From NCBI GenBank assembly GCA_001662655.1, contig KV460243.1: DNA of 64,000 nt; one strand, given 5' to 3'. This DNA is from Pseudogymnoascus verrucosus. Its lineage: Eukaryota. Both the position numbers and the translations under genes were made by a program. This document shows, piece by piece, positions 39,425 to 51,068 of the stretch. The notes below the pieces were generated by a model. That model did not search any database, was not told the origin of the DNA, and worked only from the letters and a program-made list of their open reading frames with translations. Numbering within the stretch: position 1 is the stretch's first letter; each line of letters starts with the position of its first letter.

Positions 39425-39933
39425 ATTGTCAAGCAAAACATCTATTCAAGTATTTAGTTAGGGGTGGTTGCACTTGCGGCCACCTCTTTTATATAGTCAA
39501 GTCCTTTTATATAGTCAAGTTGTCATCTATATCAATTGATTTATACCTAATGGAAATCGTCCTTTCACATAAGGATGGTAGATGTGGGTATATCAGAAAC
39601 CATGCTGCGTTGCAATGAAAATGTTATTAAGTACGCGGTATTACACAAGACGTGTGTGCTTCACCTCATTATCGCGGCATTCCAAAACAAATATCCCATT
39701 CCAAAACAAATATCCCATCCCAAAACAAACCGCCTAGCAATCATAAATCTCGCAGCGCACGCTAGAAACCAGGGGTATCAAACCAAAGCACGTCACTCGC
39801 CCCCTTCATGTACTGTACTATTTCCTCCATCTCATCGCCGTACACACCCCACCCCGCAGAACTTATTAGTCTCGTCAATGCCAAAGTCGTGCTTTGGTGC
39901 GAGAAGGTTCTTTGCGCGAGGTGGGACTGTGGC

Positions 39934-40898
39934 TTAGCCAAAAACAAGTCCATTAAGCATATGCCCTTCCCTCCAGCCCTGCGCGATCAGGGTATCATTC
40001 TCACGCAGGATCTTGCCTAGATAAGCGATCTTGACGTATTTTTGCGGTGGTAGCTGTGGAGCTGTTAGTATTTCTTCGTTGCGCTGTTACCCGTCATGGG
40101 AGTAGGGGACTGGAGAACCAGCAACAGGGCAAACGTACATCACTTCCTTCCGCAACCATGCGCGCTAGAGTCTTCACACTATCCCCACGGCCAATGCGAA
40201 CCCGCACATCAACCCCACCACGCTCACTCAGCCTTGTCGTGACCTTAACCGTCTCCCGCTCCGCCACCACCACCTTCCCCTTCCCATCTTCCTCATCCTC
40301 CACCTCCGCCCCCTCAGCCTCCACCCCCTCCTCCGCCACATTAACCGGATCACAAACCACCCACTCCGGAATCCCATAATACGCCCCTAGCGCATCATAA
40401 ACCCCATCCGCCAAATCCCCCGTCGGCAGCGTCGCCCCCGCTGCATCAATAATACTCTGCGCCGTCGCGTAACCCCCTCCTCCCACCCCCCCATTCTCAG
40501 CCTCCGCATGCAGTTCCCCCACCGCTGCTCGGATGGCGCCCCAGATCTCCGGCCGCCCGGTCACGCGCGTGTCGAAGAAGGCGATGCGCTCGCGGTCGAG
40601 CTTGGCGCGCGTCCAGGGCTTGGACTTCCTGGCTGTCCATGCGTGGGTGCGGAGGGGGACGTTGAAGCGCTCGTTTAGGGCGCGGTGGTGGGAGGTGCTT
40701 GTGTGGGTTGAAGGGCGGGGTAGGGCTGTGTTGGAGGCGGTGGCGGTGTTTATGGCTGCGCGGGAGGAGTTTGGCTGTGGGGAGGGGGAGGCGGGGTATG
40801 TGCCCGCGGCACGAGAGGCGCAGCAGCCCTGGCGATGGTTAGCTAGTTTGAACATGTATGGAAGGCTGGGAAATGGGGGATATATGGTGCCGTACCAT
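39934..40898 (-). CDS. Ubiquitin-domain protein (UBTD/DC-UbP-like) with N-terminal MGCC lipidation motif, 3 exons
   Basis: ATG alone forms exon 1 (40896-40898); intron 40829-40895 then gives MGCCASR. ERIAFFDTRVTGRPEIW, IIDAAGATLPTGDL..GVYD..G..Y.IPEW, IAYLGKIL.E..L..QGW. Confidence 0.85.
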
Positions 40899-41822
40899 GG
40901 TTTGTTTGTGGGCGTGGAAAGTTGATATTGGGGGCGGCTCGATGTTGACTTCGTTATGGCGCCTTTGTGAGGATAAGCATGAAACGAACACGGCGAACAA
41001 TAAGGGTATTCACAGCCGTAGATTAGAGCTCCATATGCATTAGGTCAACCTCCACCGCGGAGAAAGGTGTTGAACAAGATGAAAGCGCACACGATCCGTA
41101 CGTGAACAGACCACTCTGATTAGATAAAGGGCATACTGCGGTCAACAAGGCTGATGGCACCTATTGAGGCCCTGGATATAAGAATATTTCAGGCTAGGGT
41201 CGAACGACAGGAAATAACCCACGGATATCGTGAGTACGTGAAGTTATTGAAGTTGATGGGAGTAAAGAAGAGAGTTTGGACGTTGGACGTCGGACATTTG
41301 AGGTCGTGACTGATTGGATCAGGCTTGGCCCTTGACACATAAATGACGCCCTTGTCACCAAGTAGCTTACCATTCAGATAAGATGGCGGAATTGGAAGGC
41401 GGTCAACGCGAAAGTCGGGCAGAATTCTGATCAAAGTAGCGTAGTCACAAAAGATATCTCGGCGGACCGGGCAGTAGTGTAGTCACGTTACTCTGTTTTC
41501 CGTCTCTATCATATTGTCGATTGTGTATAGAATTACAAGTCTGTCTTACGAATACTGGATGCCAACTATTGAGGGTCTTAGAATCTGAGGATATAATCTA
41601 CGGCCAGCCAGGGTTCGGTTTATAGACCCTCCGCCTTAGCACTGCTTACCTCGTGATTGGCACGTGATCGGGTTCTGATACCTTGCTGGTCCAGCCTTGT
41701 TGCATGTTAGTTATATTCCAACAATACTCATACTCTGTGGCTCCTGCTCCTTTAAATCTGCAACACTATACACGATATAATTACTGTGTATACTCTGGTG
41801 GGTTTGGACAAAGAGTGACAAT

Positions 41823-42885
41823 ATGGCTAACAGGCGACTGCTAGAATGGATTAACCAAAAAACCGCCAAACTGCGACCTGTGAACGACATACTGCCTGTC
41901 CAACCCAAACCTTCAGCCCCGGGGGAGTCTCCTCTCATATTCGCAGCAGCTGCCGTTGACAAAAGCCCCTTCTTCCAGAAACTTCCCATTGAGATACGGC
42001 ACATGATATTAATGCATGCATTCGCTGGATACACAATACACATTACGGTTAACTGTCTGCTAGACCCAGAGCAACCATCCAAACGCGCGCCAAGTCGGAA
42101 GCTGCTGATGGAACAACTGCGGTGCCATGTGTGCTCTGTGCCAGACTCTATGAGAACATTGCGAGACGGGTTGCGGCCCTCTAGCTAATTCTGCTCGGGT
42201 TATCAAAGCGGGCTTCGACAGCGATGTTATGGACAGTGGTGCACATGTCCGGTTCAAGTCCTTGAACCTGGATGCTGGAATATTGGGATAATGGGCTGGT
42301 TGTTGTCTTGTCGACAGGCGTGAGTTCAATACTTCAATTTTTTTATAAACTCCCCCATCCACCAACAATGCACATCACATGTGATCGAATGATAGTAGCA
42401 CTAACTGTCGTCTTGATTTTGTTGTCTCTAGCTACGACGAGTGCATCGATGTTTCATATGCACGAAATACGATACAGATAGACAGTGCCTTTGTTGGGCA
42501 TCTACCAGAGGTAATTCTCCCACAGAGACTCAGTAGCATCACGTCTTTGGAAGTGCATGAAGTATACTACACTTTCAGGATGGTGAAAAAAAGCATCTCG
42601 GAAATCCAGGAGACTTTATTATATCATTCTCTAAAAGACATATTTCACGCACTTCCGCACCTCAGGAAACTCTATCTCTCGATTGAGGGTCATGTGTATG
42701 ATGAACTCGGGGCGGTACATAAGACCATAGTGGAAGTACTGGAGCAAAACTTTATGATTCCCATGGACAATTTATTGAGGAAGTCTGACCTACGATTGCA
42801 AGAGTGCAACATGCGCATTCATGTGAGCCACCATGATTGCCTTTTCGCAGGCGATGTTCGCTCGCTGGAGTTTTCGCATTTCTAA
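41823..42885 (+). pseudogene. Fungal hypothetical protein (SPFF.KLP.EIR..I / L..CRQ.Y.E type), probably frameshifted
   Basis: F-box-like start SPFFQKLPIEIRHMILMHAF. The later GIMGW..CRQA motif is in another frame with stops between. GTGAGT intron at ~42320. Confidence 0.45.
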
Positions 42886-43813
42886 GGATATTGGAGTCGC
42901 CATGAACATGAACAAAACATACGCGTGGATGACAAAAGCCCGGGCGGCGCCTGCGATGAATCCTTGACTTTGCGTGATTCAGGGTGTCCTTCATACACCC
43001 TACAAGTGGTCCCTCAGTTTCGAGCATAATAAAGCTTCACGGTTACGGATCGGACCGCAGATATTATGGAGTTATGGATAGCTCCGATATTGGCACCACT
43101 TGTACCTCTATAGCTTGAAGCTTCCTTGGAGATTATTGGGCCATGAGAGAGGAATATTGGTTTTGGATGAGCTCTGAGGAGACCTATTTGAGCACTGTGG
43201 CGTTGCGGATCTAATTCAATAGTCGCAGAATATGCCGACGATTGCACACCGCAGCTCTCAGCGTGTCTTATAATACTGTAACTGCCCCAGTCATTCTGGC
43301 GCATTAACGCCATCCGCCATTAGCTTTATAGGCAAGCGCCATAAAAGTCTTCCCATGCTGCCCAAAGAGCATAATAGATAGTGATCCCGGCGATCGCGAC
43401 TCCCTTGCAGGTGAGACACAGCTGAACTTTGCTTGGCGAGGGCTACGGGAGTGAGAAGCATCGTCCTATCGGTCACAAACCAGCCTGAATTGCTCAATAT
43501 GGGGTCCTGCTACCCTTTACCAACAAATCACGATGTCTGATAATAGAAGCGCTATTAAGCGTGTCATGAGACAGTGGTTCCCTGATTTAAGCTTATGGAT
43601 CGTCCCGATTGCGTATAAAGGTACCACCGCAGTTACCCACATATGCAGCACTCCAACCTGGCGTGCTGCATTTCGACTACTTGCAATTGCCCAAAATCAC
43701 CACCTCGATCCACAGTCGTCAACTGTCATAAACCTACCTTGAATATCCTCAATCACGTACGCAAGCTCCACAACCCCCTTGCTATTATATTCTAACGACC
43801 ATACCGCAGAAAC

Positions 43814-44044
43814 ATGAAACTCTACCTCGCCACGGTTTTCTTCATCATCCCCGTTATTATTGCGGCACCACTCCCGAGCCCTCAAGCGGGCGAGGCTCCA
43901 CCGAAAATACCACTGATCGCGGGCACGTTCGACATCGTTAACGGGTTGCCTGTGGCCCTCGGGTTGCCTGAGATCGGCGGACAGGTTATACATGGCTTCA
44001 CGAGTATTGTGGGCGGCATTTTTCGCCCGAAAAGGGACAACTGA
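43814..44044 (+). CDS. Small secreted peptide precursor 1 (76 aa)
   Basis: Signal peptide MKLYLATVFFIIPVIIA, pro-segment APLPSPQ; 5'-UTR intron 43757-43809 (GTACGC..CTAAC..CAG). Confidence 0.7.
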   Translation: MKLYLATVFFIIPVIIAAPLPSPQAGEAPPKIPLIAGTFDIVNGLPVALGLPEIGGQVIHGFTSIVGGIFRPKRDN

Positions 44045-44445
44045 AAAGTAGAAGTTTAACCGCTAGAGAGGGCTATGAATTTATTGTGGTTATGCTGAGA
44101 ATGTAGTTGCGGTTGGCTAGGTTTCAATAGATCTCATGTAGTTTGTCGAGCAATTAGGGGTTCTAAATGATGCAGCGATCTTTCAACAATATACCACGAT
44201 GTCTCACTAGAGACACTGTACTCAGCGTATCGTTGGGACTATAATTTCTTTTTTAATTTCTGGGACATTCGGGCTTCGGATATAAGCACGACAAATCACC
44301 CCCTCTAGTTAGGATCTTGTAACCGCCTAAACCACCACAATTCAAAACCTAAAAGTCCTCAATAGCCTCTCATATATCCCAAACCATCCGAGTAAGTTCC
44401 ACTGCAGGCAAGATAGGTTTTAGCTAACAATGACAGCAAAGCAAT

Positions 44446-44607
44446 ATGCAACTCCGCCTCGTCACGATTTTCTTCGTTGTGCCCGCTGTACTCGCAGCAG
44501 CACTGCCAGCCCCTCAGGGGACCCAACCACCAAATGACGACTCAAATCAAATTCTTGGATTGCTAGGCATCGTTCTCGGGACAGATCATCTTCCCGGCGG
44601 TCAATAG
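44446..44607 (+). CDS. Small secreted peptide precursor 2 (53 aa, not in ORF track)
   Basis: MQLRLVTIFFVVPAVLAAALPAPQGTQPPNDDSNQILGLLGIVLGTDHLPGGQ*; 5'-UTR intron 44392-44436 (GTAAGT..GCTAAC..CAG). Confidence 0.65.
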   Translation: MQLRLVTIFFVVPAVLAAALPAPQGTQPPNDDSNQILGLLGIVLGTDHLPGGQ

Positions 44608-45873
44608 TTGTGGCTGCCCATATTTAATACTCATAGAAAGTACCGTCGAATAATAAAATATTGATTAGTTAAAGACGATTTACACTCTGCTCGACCTTGC
44701 TATAATCTGTATGCCCTAGCTGCCGTTATGGCCGGGTTGCGTCCAACGAATAACTTCTGTCTTAGAATACGTCTACCTGTGCCTAAGACAAAGATTGTTG
44801 TCTCACTATGTCACAATATCTTAGCTTTTATATTGGCTTTATTTTAACCAAAGATTCTTAGCCATTCTCACAGCGCCGGTTCCAAGTCCTCAACGAGGCG
44901 TGGATCTCAACGGGCTTTTTAGAGACATCGCGAATTCAGACATATTACGTGGGAGTATTGGTGAGGGCATACAGTTAGGCCGTCGAGCTAGATGAATTCT
45001 CTTTATTCGTATTATCGCTGTAAGGTTGTGGGGTTAAACTTTAAATTTTGAAGTTCACGAGTGGTATTATGGATATATACTTTGCTTGCTCCATGGGGAC
45101 AGGTCTGAATTATGGTATATGCAGTATCACAGGCAGTATCACAGACAGTCGGGTGACTTTTTTTATAGCCAGCACTACATACAACTAGGGGGCTTTCACT
45201 ACGCTTTAAATATTGATACAACCCTTTTGGCCTCAACCATTTAACGCCAGAGGATGAGGTTATGCAAGACATAAACTGTGTAAAAAGTAGGTAACATGAT
45301 ATCGGAACCTCGGGAGGCAGGATAAGAGCCCTATAGGTCTGTCGACTGAGTCGAGCGCGACTGGGGAGACAAAGAGCCCAAATGGGTCTCACGCCTCGTG
45401 GCCAGGTTGACGCGGCAGGTTAGACGGATTGGCGGCTTCATCGCTATTGGTAATTTAATAATATACTCCAGCATAACAAAAAAGATTGCTCAAGCAACAA
45501 ATGTAATTTATAAGGACGTCATTTACAAATAATCGCTATTATATAATAAGCCCATCCAAGGCAATTTCACATAATTGAAGTATTTGGCTTGGCGTATGGA
45601 ATTGACCAGATGGTTTTCACGAGGATGGAAGCCATTTGATTCGCGGAAGATATTTCGTTGTGGACGAGCCCGCCCAAGATCTTATTTGCTGGGATATCGC
45701 ATCAATGGGTTAATGTAGACCGAAGCAAGTCTTGGCGATTTCCGACGGCTTGGGCCTCCATGGTACATAGGTCTATTCGGAAAATGATTATTAACAAGGA
45801 GGCCTTTCTTACCAGGGCCCTTTCTTTCCAGTTCAGTAATTAACTGCATACCATACAAGAGTCACTCTATCCA

Positions 45874-47157
45874 ATGGCACCGACAAGATATGCCCAGGTT
45901 GGCACTGGCAGCCGTGCCAGCTTCTTCTACACTGCTATCGCTCGGGATTTCCAGAGTGAAGCGACACTGGTTGCCTTTTGCGACACAAACCAAACCCGCA
46001 TGGATTATGCCAGTGATAACATTGAGAAAATTACAGGACAGAAGGTTCCAACCTACAAGGCAGCCGACTTTGATCGCATGATCGAAGAAACCAAACCGGA
46101 TCAAGTTATCGTCACAACCATCGACCGCACCCACCATGCATATATCATTCGGGCAATGGAACTTGGCTGTGATGTTATCAGTGAGAAGCCCATGACGACC
46201 GACGAAACGCACTGTCAGGAAATCCTCGATGCTGTGAAGCGTACTGGCCAGAAATTGCGGGTGACTTTCAACTATCGCTACGCACCACACAACACCAAGA
46301 TCCGCGAATTACTCGCTGATAACACTATCGGCCAGGTGTTTTCGGTTCACTTCGAATGGCTACTGAACACCCAGCATGGTGCCGATTACTTCCGTCGCTG
46401 GCATCGGGATAAGCGTAACAGCGGAGGCCTGCTCGTTCACAAGTCGACGCATCACTTTGATCTGGTAAATTTCTGGCTGGCGAGTCAACCAAAAACGGTT
46501 TTCGCCTTGGGGGAGCTGAACTTTTACGGAAAAGAGAACGCAGAGAAGCGCGGCGAGGAGAAGTTTTACTCCAGGGCCCATGGTAGCGAAGCTGCTAAGG
46601 ATGATCCTTTTGCGCTGCACATGGAGGATCACCCGGAACTAAAGTCGCTGTACTTGGATGCAGAAAAGGAAGATGGGTACTATCGTGATCAAAGTGTATT
46701 TGGGGACGGCATTAATATCGAAGACACCATGGGCGTGATTGTGAAATACCAATCTGGTGCTATGCTCACCTACAACCTGGTTGCATATTCCCCACTGGAG
46801 GGGTTTAGAGTTTGCTTCAACGGTAGCAAGGGCCGCCTCGAGGTGAACGTGATAGAGAAATCATACGTAAATGGAGGTGGTGATCGGGACTTGGAAGGTG
46901 CCGTGGATGAAATCGAGATTACGGTGCATCCCTTGTTCGGAGAGTCGTACAAGGTGCCTATTGACCAGGGACAAGGGGGGCATGGTGGTGGCGATCCTGT
47001 CCTACTCAACGATCTCTTTGGTCAACCTGCGCCTGACAGATTTAACCGCGCTGCATCGCATATCGATGGAGCCATGTCCATTCTCACAGGAATAGCCGCC
47101 AACCAGTCGATTCGTACAGGGCAGGCGGTGCAGGTTGACGGATTAGTTAAATTTTAG
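45874..47157 (+). CDS. Gfo/Idh/MocA-family NAD-dependent oxidoreductase (bacterial YteT-like), intronless
   Basis: Rossmann VGTGSR, ISEKPM, VTFNYRY, HGADYFRRWHR, SGGLLVHKSTHHFDLVN, GGHGGGD. Confidence 0.85.
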   Translation: MAPTRYAQVGTGSRASFFYTAIARDFQSEATLVAFCDTNQTRMDYASDNIEKITGQKVPTYKAADFDRMIEETKPDQVIVTTIDRTHHAYIIRAMELGCDVISEKPMTTDETHCQEILDAVKRTGQKLRVTFNYRYAPHNTKIRELLADNTIGQVFSVHFEWLLNTQHGADYFRRWHRDKRNSGGLLVHKSTHHFDLVNFWLASQPKTVFALGELNFYGKENAEKRGEEKFYSRAHGSEAAKDDPFALHMEDHPELKSLYLDAEKEDGYYRDQSVFGDGINIEDTMGVIVKYQSGAMLTYNLVAYSPLEGFRVCFNGSKGRLEVNVIEKSYVNGGGDRDLEGAVDEIEITVHPLFGESYKVPIDQGQGGHGGGDPVLLNDLFGQPAPDRFNRAASHIDGAMSILTGIAANQSIRTGQAVQVDGLVKF

Positions 47158-47587
47158 AGCATGCTGTAAATAAAATATAACTCTGTGAAAATAAAGTTGT
47201 CCTCTGTTTTAATTTCTTCACGCTAATGGGTCCTGTTGTATGTTGTACGACCCAAGTCCTTGGGTTAAGTGCGCGGCCTCCTGGCTCAACTCCAGCCTGG
47301 AGAATAGAAGTTTCAAAGCAGGCTAGTGTGTGGGGTAAAATGGGAATAACTCTCGGATGATTAGTGAATGCGGGGGAGTTGAATGCGGGGGAGATCATTA
47401 ATCTCGGTGAATAATACACCGCTGCCACTTGCCGTAGAGTCACGCCGCAAGGTTCATATGAAGCATTATTGAATTGTTACGTACTACTACCATACTGGGA
47501 CTACAATAACTTAAAGGTGTAAATCATATTCCCATCGTAACATTCAGACCCCAACAAAATTACATCACAAGTAAATATCCAAGCGAA

Positions 47588-50197
47588 ATGTCAGTCGGAA
47601 AGCTCCAGTGGCTGAAGCCGGGAAGAGGCGGAGAAGCACTATCTCATGGCGTCTCCTTTGGAATGCCTTGGGCGAAAGGTCAATATCAATCAGGGCAGAC
47701 TTTTGTAATTGAGGATGATCATCAAGTGTATCCGTTAGACTGTCGAGAAGTTGCATTTTGGCCTGACGGTTCCCTCAAGTGGACAGCACATTCCGTCAGT
47801 GGAAACATTGGATACAGTGAGACTTATACCATCAAGGGAGTCGACAGGCCCGAGGAAAAGCCTTTCTTATCTGGTGACAAAATAACAACGAGGCTGGGAC
47901 TAGAGCTAAAACTCTCAACTGTGGGAAGTTCCAGCTTGTTCGACAGCTTGTCTTGGGAAGGCCGCTGTGTATGTTCAGGCGCAACTATTGTCGCATCGAT
48001 CAACAAGAAAAACTATTCGACCATTGTTAGAGATGTGCAAGTGGAAAATGAGACCTTTTCAAGGATCCTTGTCAAGATTTCTGGCGTTATAGTCTGCGAT
48101 GGTGTAGAACACCTTCCGTTTGATGTGAGAGTCTACCTCTACCATGACAGTTCCACTATAAGTATTGGCCACTCCTTCATTCACGACCTGGATGCCGAAG
48201 AACCCTTGACATCGTTGGGGCTTCAGTTTCATGTTCCCTTGGGAGAGACTGAGCTTTACAACAAACATGTTCGCCTTGGGGTTTCAGATGGGGGCGTTTT
48301 AGGTGAAGAAGTTCAGGGTCTGTCAGGTTTGAGATTTGGACCAACCACTCAAAATAGAATCGATCAAACGGCAGGAAAGCCACTCAATCTGCTTGAGCAA
48401 GAATGGGAGAAGACCGATCTTACAAGAGGTCTCGCGTGCATTCCATCATGGGATTCTTATTCTCTCTCTCAATTATCATCAGACGGGTTTACCCTCAAGA
48501 AACGGACTAAACCCAGCTGCAGTTGGGTCAAAGTTACTGGAGGCGGCCGAGCCGATGGGACTGCCTACGTGGGCTCAGCCAGACACGGTGGCCTGGCTGT
48601 CGGCATGGCCAATTTCTGGGAACGATACCCTACCCAGTTAGACCTGGGCGACTTGACCAAGGATACCGGGACAATTACTGTGTGGCTGTATTCGCCTTTG
48701 GCTGAGCCCTTGGATACTGCGCCTTATCATGATGGACTCGGGTTGGACTCCTATACCAAACAGTTGGAAGGACTTGATGTGACATACGAAGACTATGAGC
48801 CGGGTTTTGCCACGGCAAACGGAATTGGGAGATCGAACCAGTTTTTTATCAAACCATACTCATCTACACCTTCCAATCAAGAGTTAAGCTCTTTCTCATC
48901 GCTAGTGAGAGATGCCCCTCGGTTGATTCCCAACCTAGAATATATGCACTCAAGTGGCGTTTTCCATGGGTGCTGGACCCCCGATTATCGAACCTTGGGC
49001 TACTCACCGTCAAATGAGGAGTTGGATATCGAAAAAAATCTGGACACACTGTTTGAATTTTACCATAAACAAGTTGAGCAACAAAGATGGTATGGATTCT
49101 GGGATCATGGCGATGTTCAGCATACTTATAATCACTACCGGCATGCATGGAGATATGATGTTGGGGGGTTTGCATGGGATAACTCAGAGCTATCAACCGA
49201 TCTATGGCTGTGGCTCTACTTTCTTCACACTGGTAGAGCAGACGTTTTCAAAATGGCCCAAGATATGACGCAGCATACTTCCGAGGTAGATGTCTACCAC
49301 GCCGGAAAATTCAAAGGGTTTGGAACTAGACACGGCGTCCAACACTGGAGCGATAGTTCAAAGCAGCTTCGCATATCACATGTGTTGTTCAAACGCATCT
49401 ATTTCTTTCTAACAGGCGATGAGCGTACCGGTGATCTCATCGAGGAGCTACAAAGTTGCCAACATGCTATTTTAACACTAGACTCACATCGCAAGGTGCA
49501 GCTCAAAGGGGATACACCAGACGGGTTTGCTATGGCAAACATCGGCCTTGATTGTGGACCCTTGGCTGCTTCCTGGCTGACCGCTTGGGAGAGGCGCACA
49601 AAGGGTTGGATCCACGCCAAGGAGCTTCTGGTTACCTTGTTGGATGGCATCTCCGGTCTTTCACACGGCATAGGGAACAATGCCATTCTACTGAATCCTG
49701 AGACTGGCGAGGTCCGCGAATGCCCTCCTCCGACCCCGGAGTACTCCATCTCGCACTTATCTATGTTATTTGGGTTTCCGGAGATATTCAATGAGTTACT
49801 AGACTATGCCAGCCACGACCATGCCTCTACTGTGGCTAACTTCAAGCTCAAAGCATTGCTGCCTTATGCCAGAGCATATAATGGGGGTCATGAGGTCCAG
49901 CGACAGGAGTTTGGCTTTGAATTCCCGTCTCATGCGACGTGGAGACAGAGTCACTCTACGCTGACAGCCATAGCCGCAGTGGAACAGAAAAGCGAGAAGC
50001 TCGGAAGGGAGGCATGGGAGCAGTTCTTTGGGACGGACGGATACGATCGGACACACGACTGGGGTATCGTGAAGACCTCACCGCCTGAGTATCCCGCAAA
50101 GGGTGAGGAGGCTCCTTGGGTCACCACAAACATGTCTGCTCGCTATGGCGTCAGCGCAATCTTCAATTTGGCAAACATTAGAGAGTATCTGAAATGA
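47588..50197 (+). CDS. YetA/PcRGLX-like exo-rhamnogalacturonan lyase (PL26-like), intronless, no signal peptide
   Basis: GVSFGMPW..G, AFWPDGSLKWTAH, WYGFWDHGDVQH, WRYDVGGFAWDNSEL, HTSEVD, GTRHGVQHWSDSSKQLRIS, SHLSMLFG, WVTTN: motifs recalled from the YetA/PcRGLX family. Confidence 0.75.
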   Translation: MSVGKLQWLKPGRGGEALSHGVSFGMPWAKGQYQSGQTFVIEDDHQVYPLDCREVAFWPDGSLKWTAHSVSGNIGYSETYTIKGVDRPEEKPFLSGDKITTRLGLELKLSTVGSSSLFDSLSWEGRCVCSGATIVASINKKNYSTIVRDVQVENETFSRILVKISGVIVCDGVEHLPFDVRVYLYHDSSTISIGHSFIHDLDAEEPLTSLGLQFHVPLGETELYNKHVRLGVSDGGVLGEEVQGLSGLRFGPTTQNRIDQTAGKPLNLLEQEWEKTDLTRGLACIPSWDSYSLSQLSSDGFTLKKRTKPSCSWVKVTGGGRADGTAYVGSARHGGLAVGMANFWERYPTQLDLGDLTKDTGTITVWLYSPLAEPLDTAPYHDGLGLDSYTKQLEGLDVTYEDYEPGFATANGIGRSNQFFIKPYSSTPSNQELSSFSSLVRDAPRLIPNLEYMHSSGVFHGCWTPDYRTLGYSPSNEELDIEKNLDTLFEFYHKQVEQQRWYGFWDHGDVQHTYNHYRHAWRYDVGGFAWDNSELSTDLWLWLYFLHTGRADVFKMAQDMTQHTSEVDVYHAGKFKGFGTRHGVQHWSDSSKQLRISHVLFKRIYFFLTGDERTGDLIEELQSCQHAILTLDSHRKVQLKGDTPDGFAMANIGLDCGPLAASWLTAWERRTKGWIHAKELLVTLLDGISGLSHGIGNNAILLNPETGEVRECPPPTPEYSISHLSMLFGFPEIFNELLDYASHDHASTVANFKLKALLPYARAYNGGHEVQRQEFGFEFPSHATWRQSHSTLTAIAAVEQKSEKLGREAWEQFFGTDGYDRTHDWGIVKTSPPEYPAKGEEAPWVTTNMSARYGVSAIFNLANIREYLK

Positions 50198-50375
50198 GCT
50201 AAATATGGATTTTAATGGTACTCCAATATTGATAGACGAATTATTTCTAATAAAATTTATGTCTATCAAGGTAGTCTATGTTTTGTCTAACAGTGAATCT
50301 GTAACAGAATGCGTACAACGTGCGAGAATATGCTCATGCCACCAAACTTATGTCTACCTTGAGTCCCAGGTATTA

Positions 50376-51068
50376 TTAGGCAGCGATGAATCTCTGAAGC
50401 CAACGATCAAGTTCCGCAGTCCACGTCAATTCCGGGTCGTCAATTGCCATGCCAATGCCGTGGGGGCCATTTGGCAACACAAAAAGCTCAAACGACCTCT
50501 GATACCGCGCCATGGCAGTTGCAAAAAGCAGCGAGTTCTGCACAGGAACCGCGCCGTCGTTGGCCGTATGAAAGATGAATGTAGGCGGCGTCGTTTTAGA
50601 GACACGGTTCTGCGCGGACATATCCTGCACCAGTTCGAGAGAAGCTTTGTCGCCGAGCAGATTTTGTCGCGAGCCGGGGTGGGTAGTCGGATCTTCCATA
50701 GAAATCACCGGATACGATAAAACCGCGAAGTCGAGCTCTACCTCAGGCGTCGTGGCGGTTATGGCAGCTAGGTGGCCGCCAGCTGACCATCCCCAAATCC
50801 CAAGCTTGCTGACGCGGCCCTCGGCGCGGATCTTCTTCACAGCGTTCAGAGCTTCTTCCATAGGGGCTGGATAGATGGGAGCGGGAATATCGCCATCGGC
50901 ACAAGTATATGTGAGGACCCAGGCGTCAAATCCACGCTCATTCAACCATTTGGCTGGCAAGGAACCTTCCTTCTCATATGATACGTAGGCGTAGCCGCCC
51001 CCTGGGGCTATTAAAACCCCGGTATTGTTCGGGTTGGGAGCTGGAAAAAACTGCAAGCTCATCGTCAT
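50376..51068 (-). CDS. Alpha/beta-hydrolase carbohydrate esterase (acetylesterase/BD-FAE-like), intronless, cytosolic
   Basis: PGGGY oxyanion loop, GWSAGGHLA nucleophile, LSYPVIS, PPTFIFHTANDGAV (Asp), GPHGIG (His). Confidence 0.8.
   Translation of the reverse strand: MTMSLQFFPAPNPNNTGVLIAPGGGYAYVSYEKEGSLPAKWLNERGFDAWVLTYTCADGDIPAPIYPAPMEEALNAVKKIRAEGRVSKLGIWGWSAGGHLAAITATTPEVELDFAVLSYPVISMEDPTTHPGSRQNLLGDKASLELVQDMSAQNRVSKTTPPTFIFHTANDGAVPVQNSLLFATAMARYQRSFELFVLPNGPHGIGMAIDDPELTWTAELDRWLQRFIAA

Noticed and set aside
39486..39519. 17-bp tandem duplication CTTTTATATAGTCAAGT downstream of the xylanase
   Set aside because: Isolated slippage duplication with nothing inserted between the copies.
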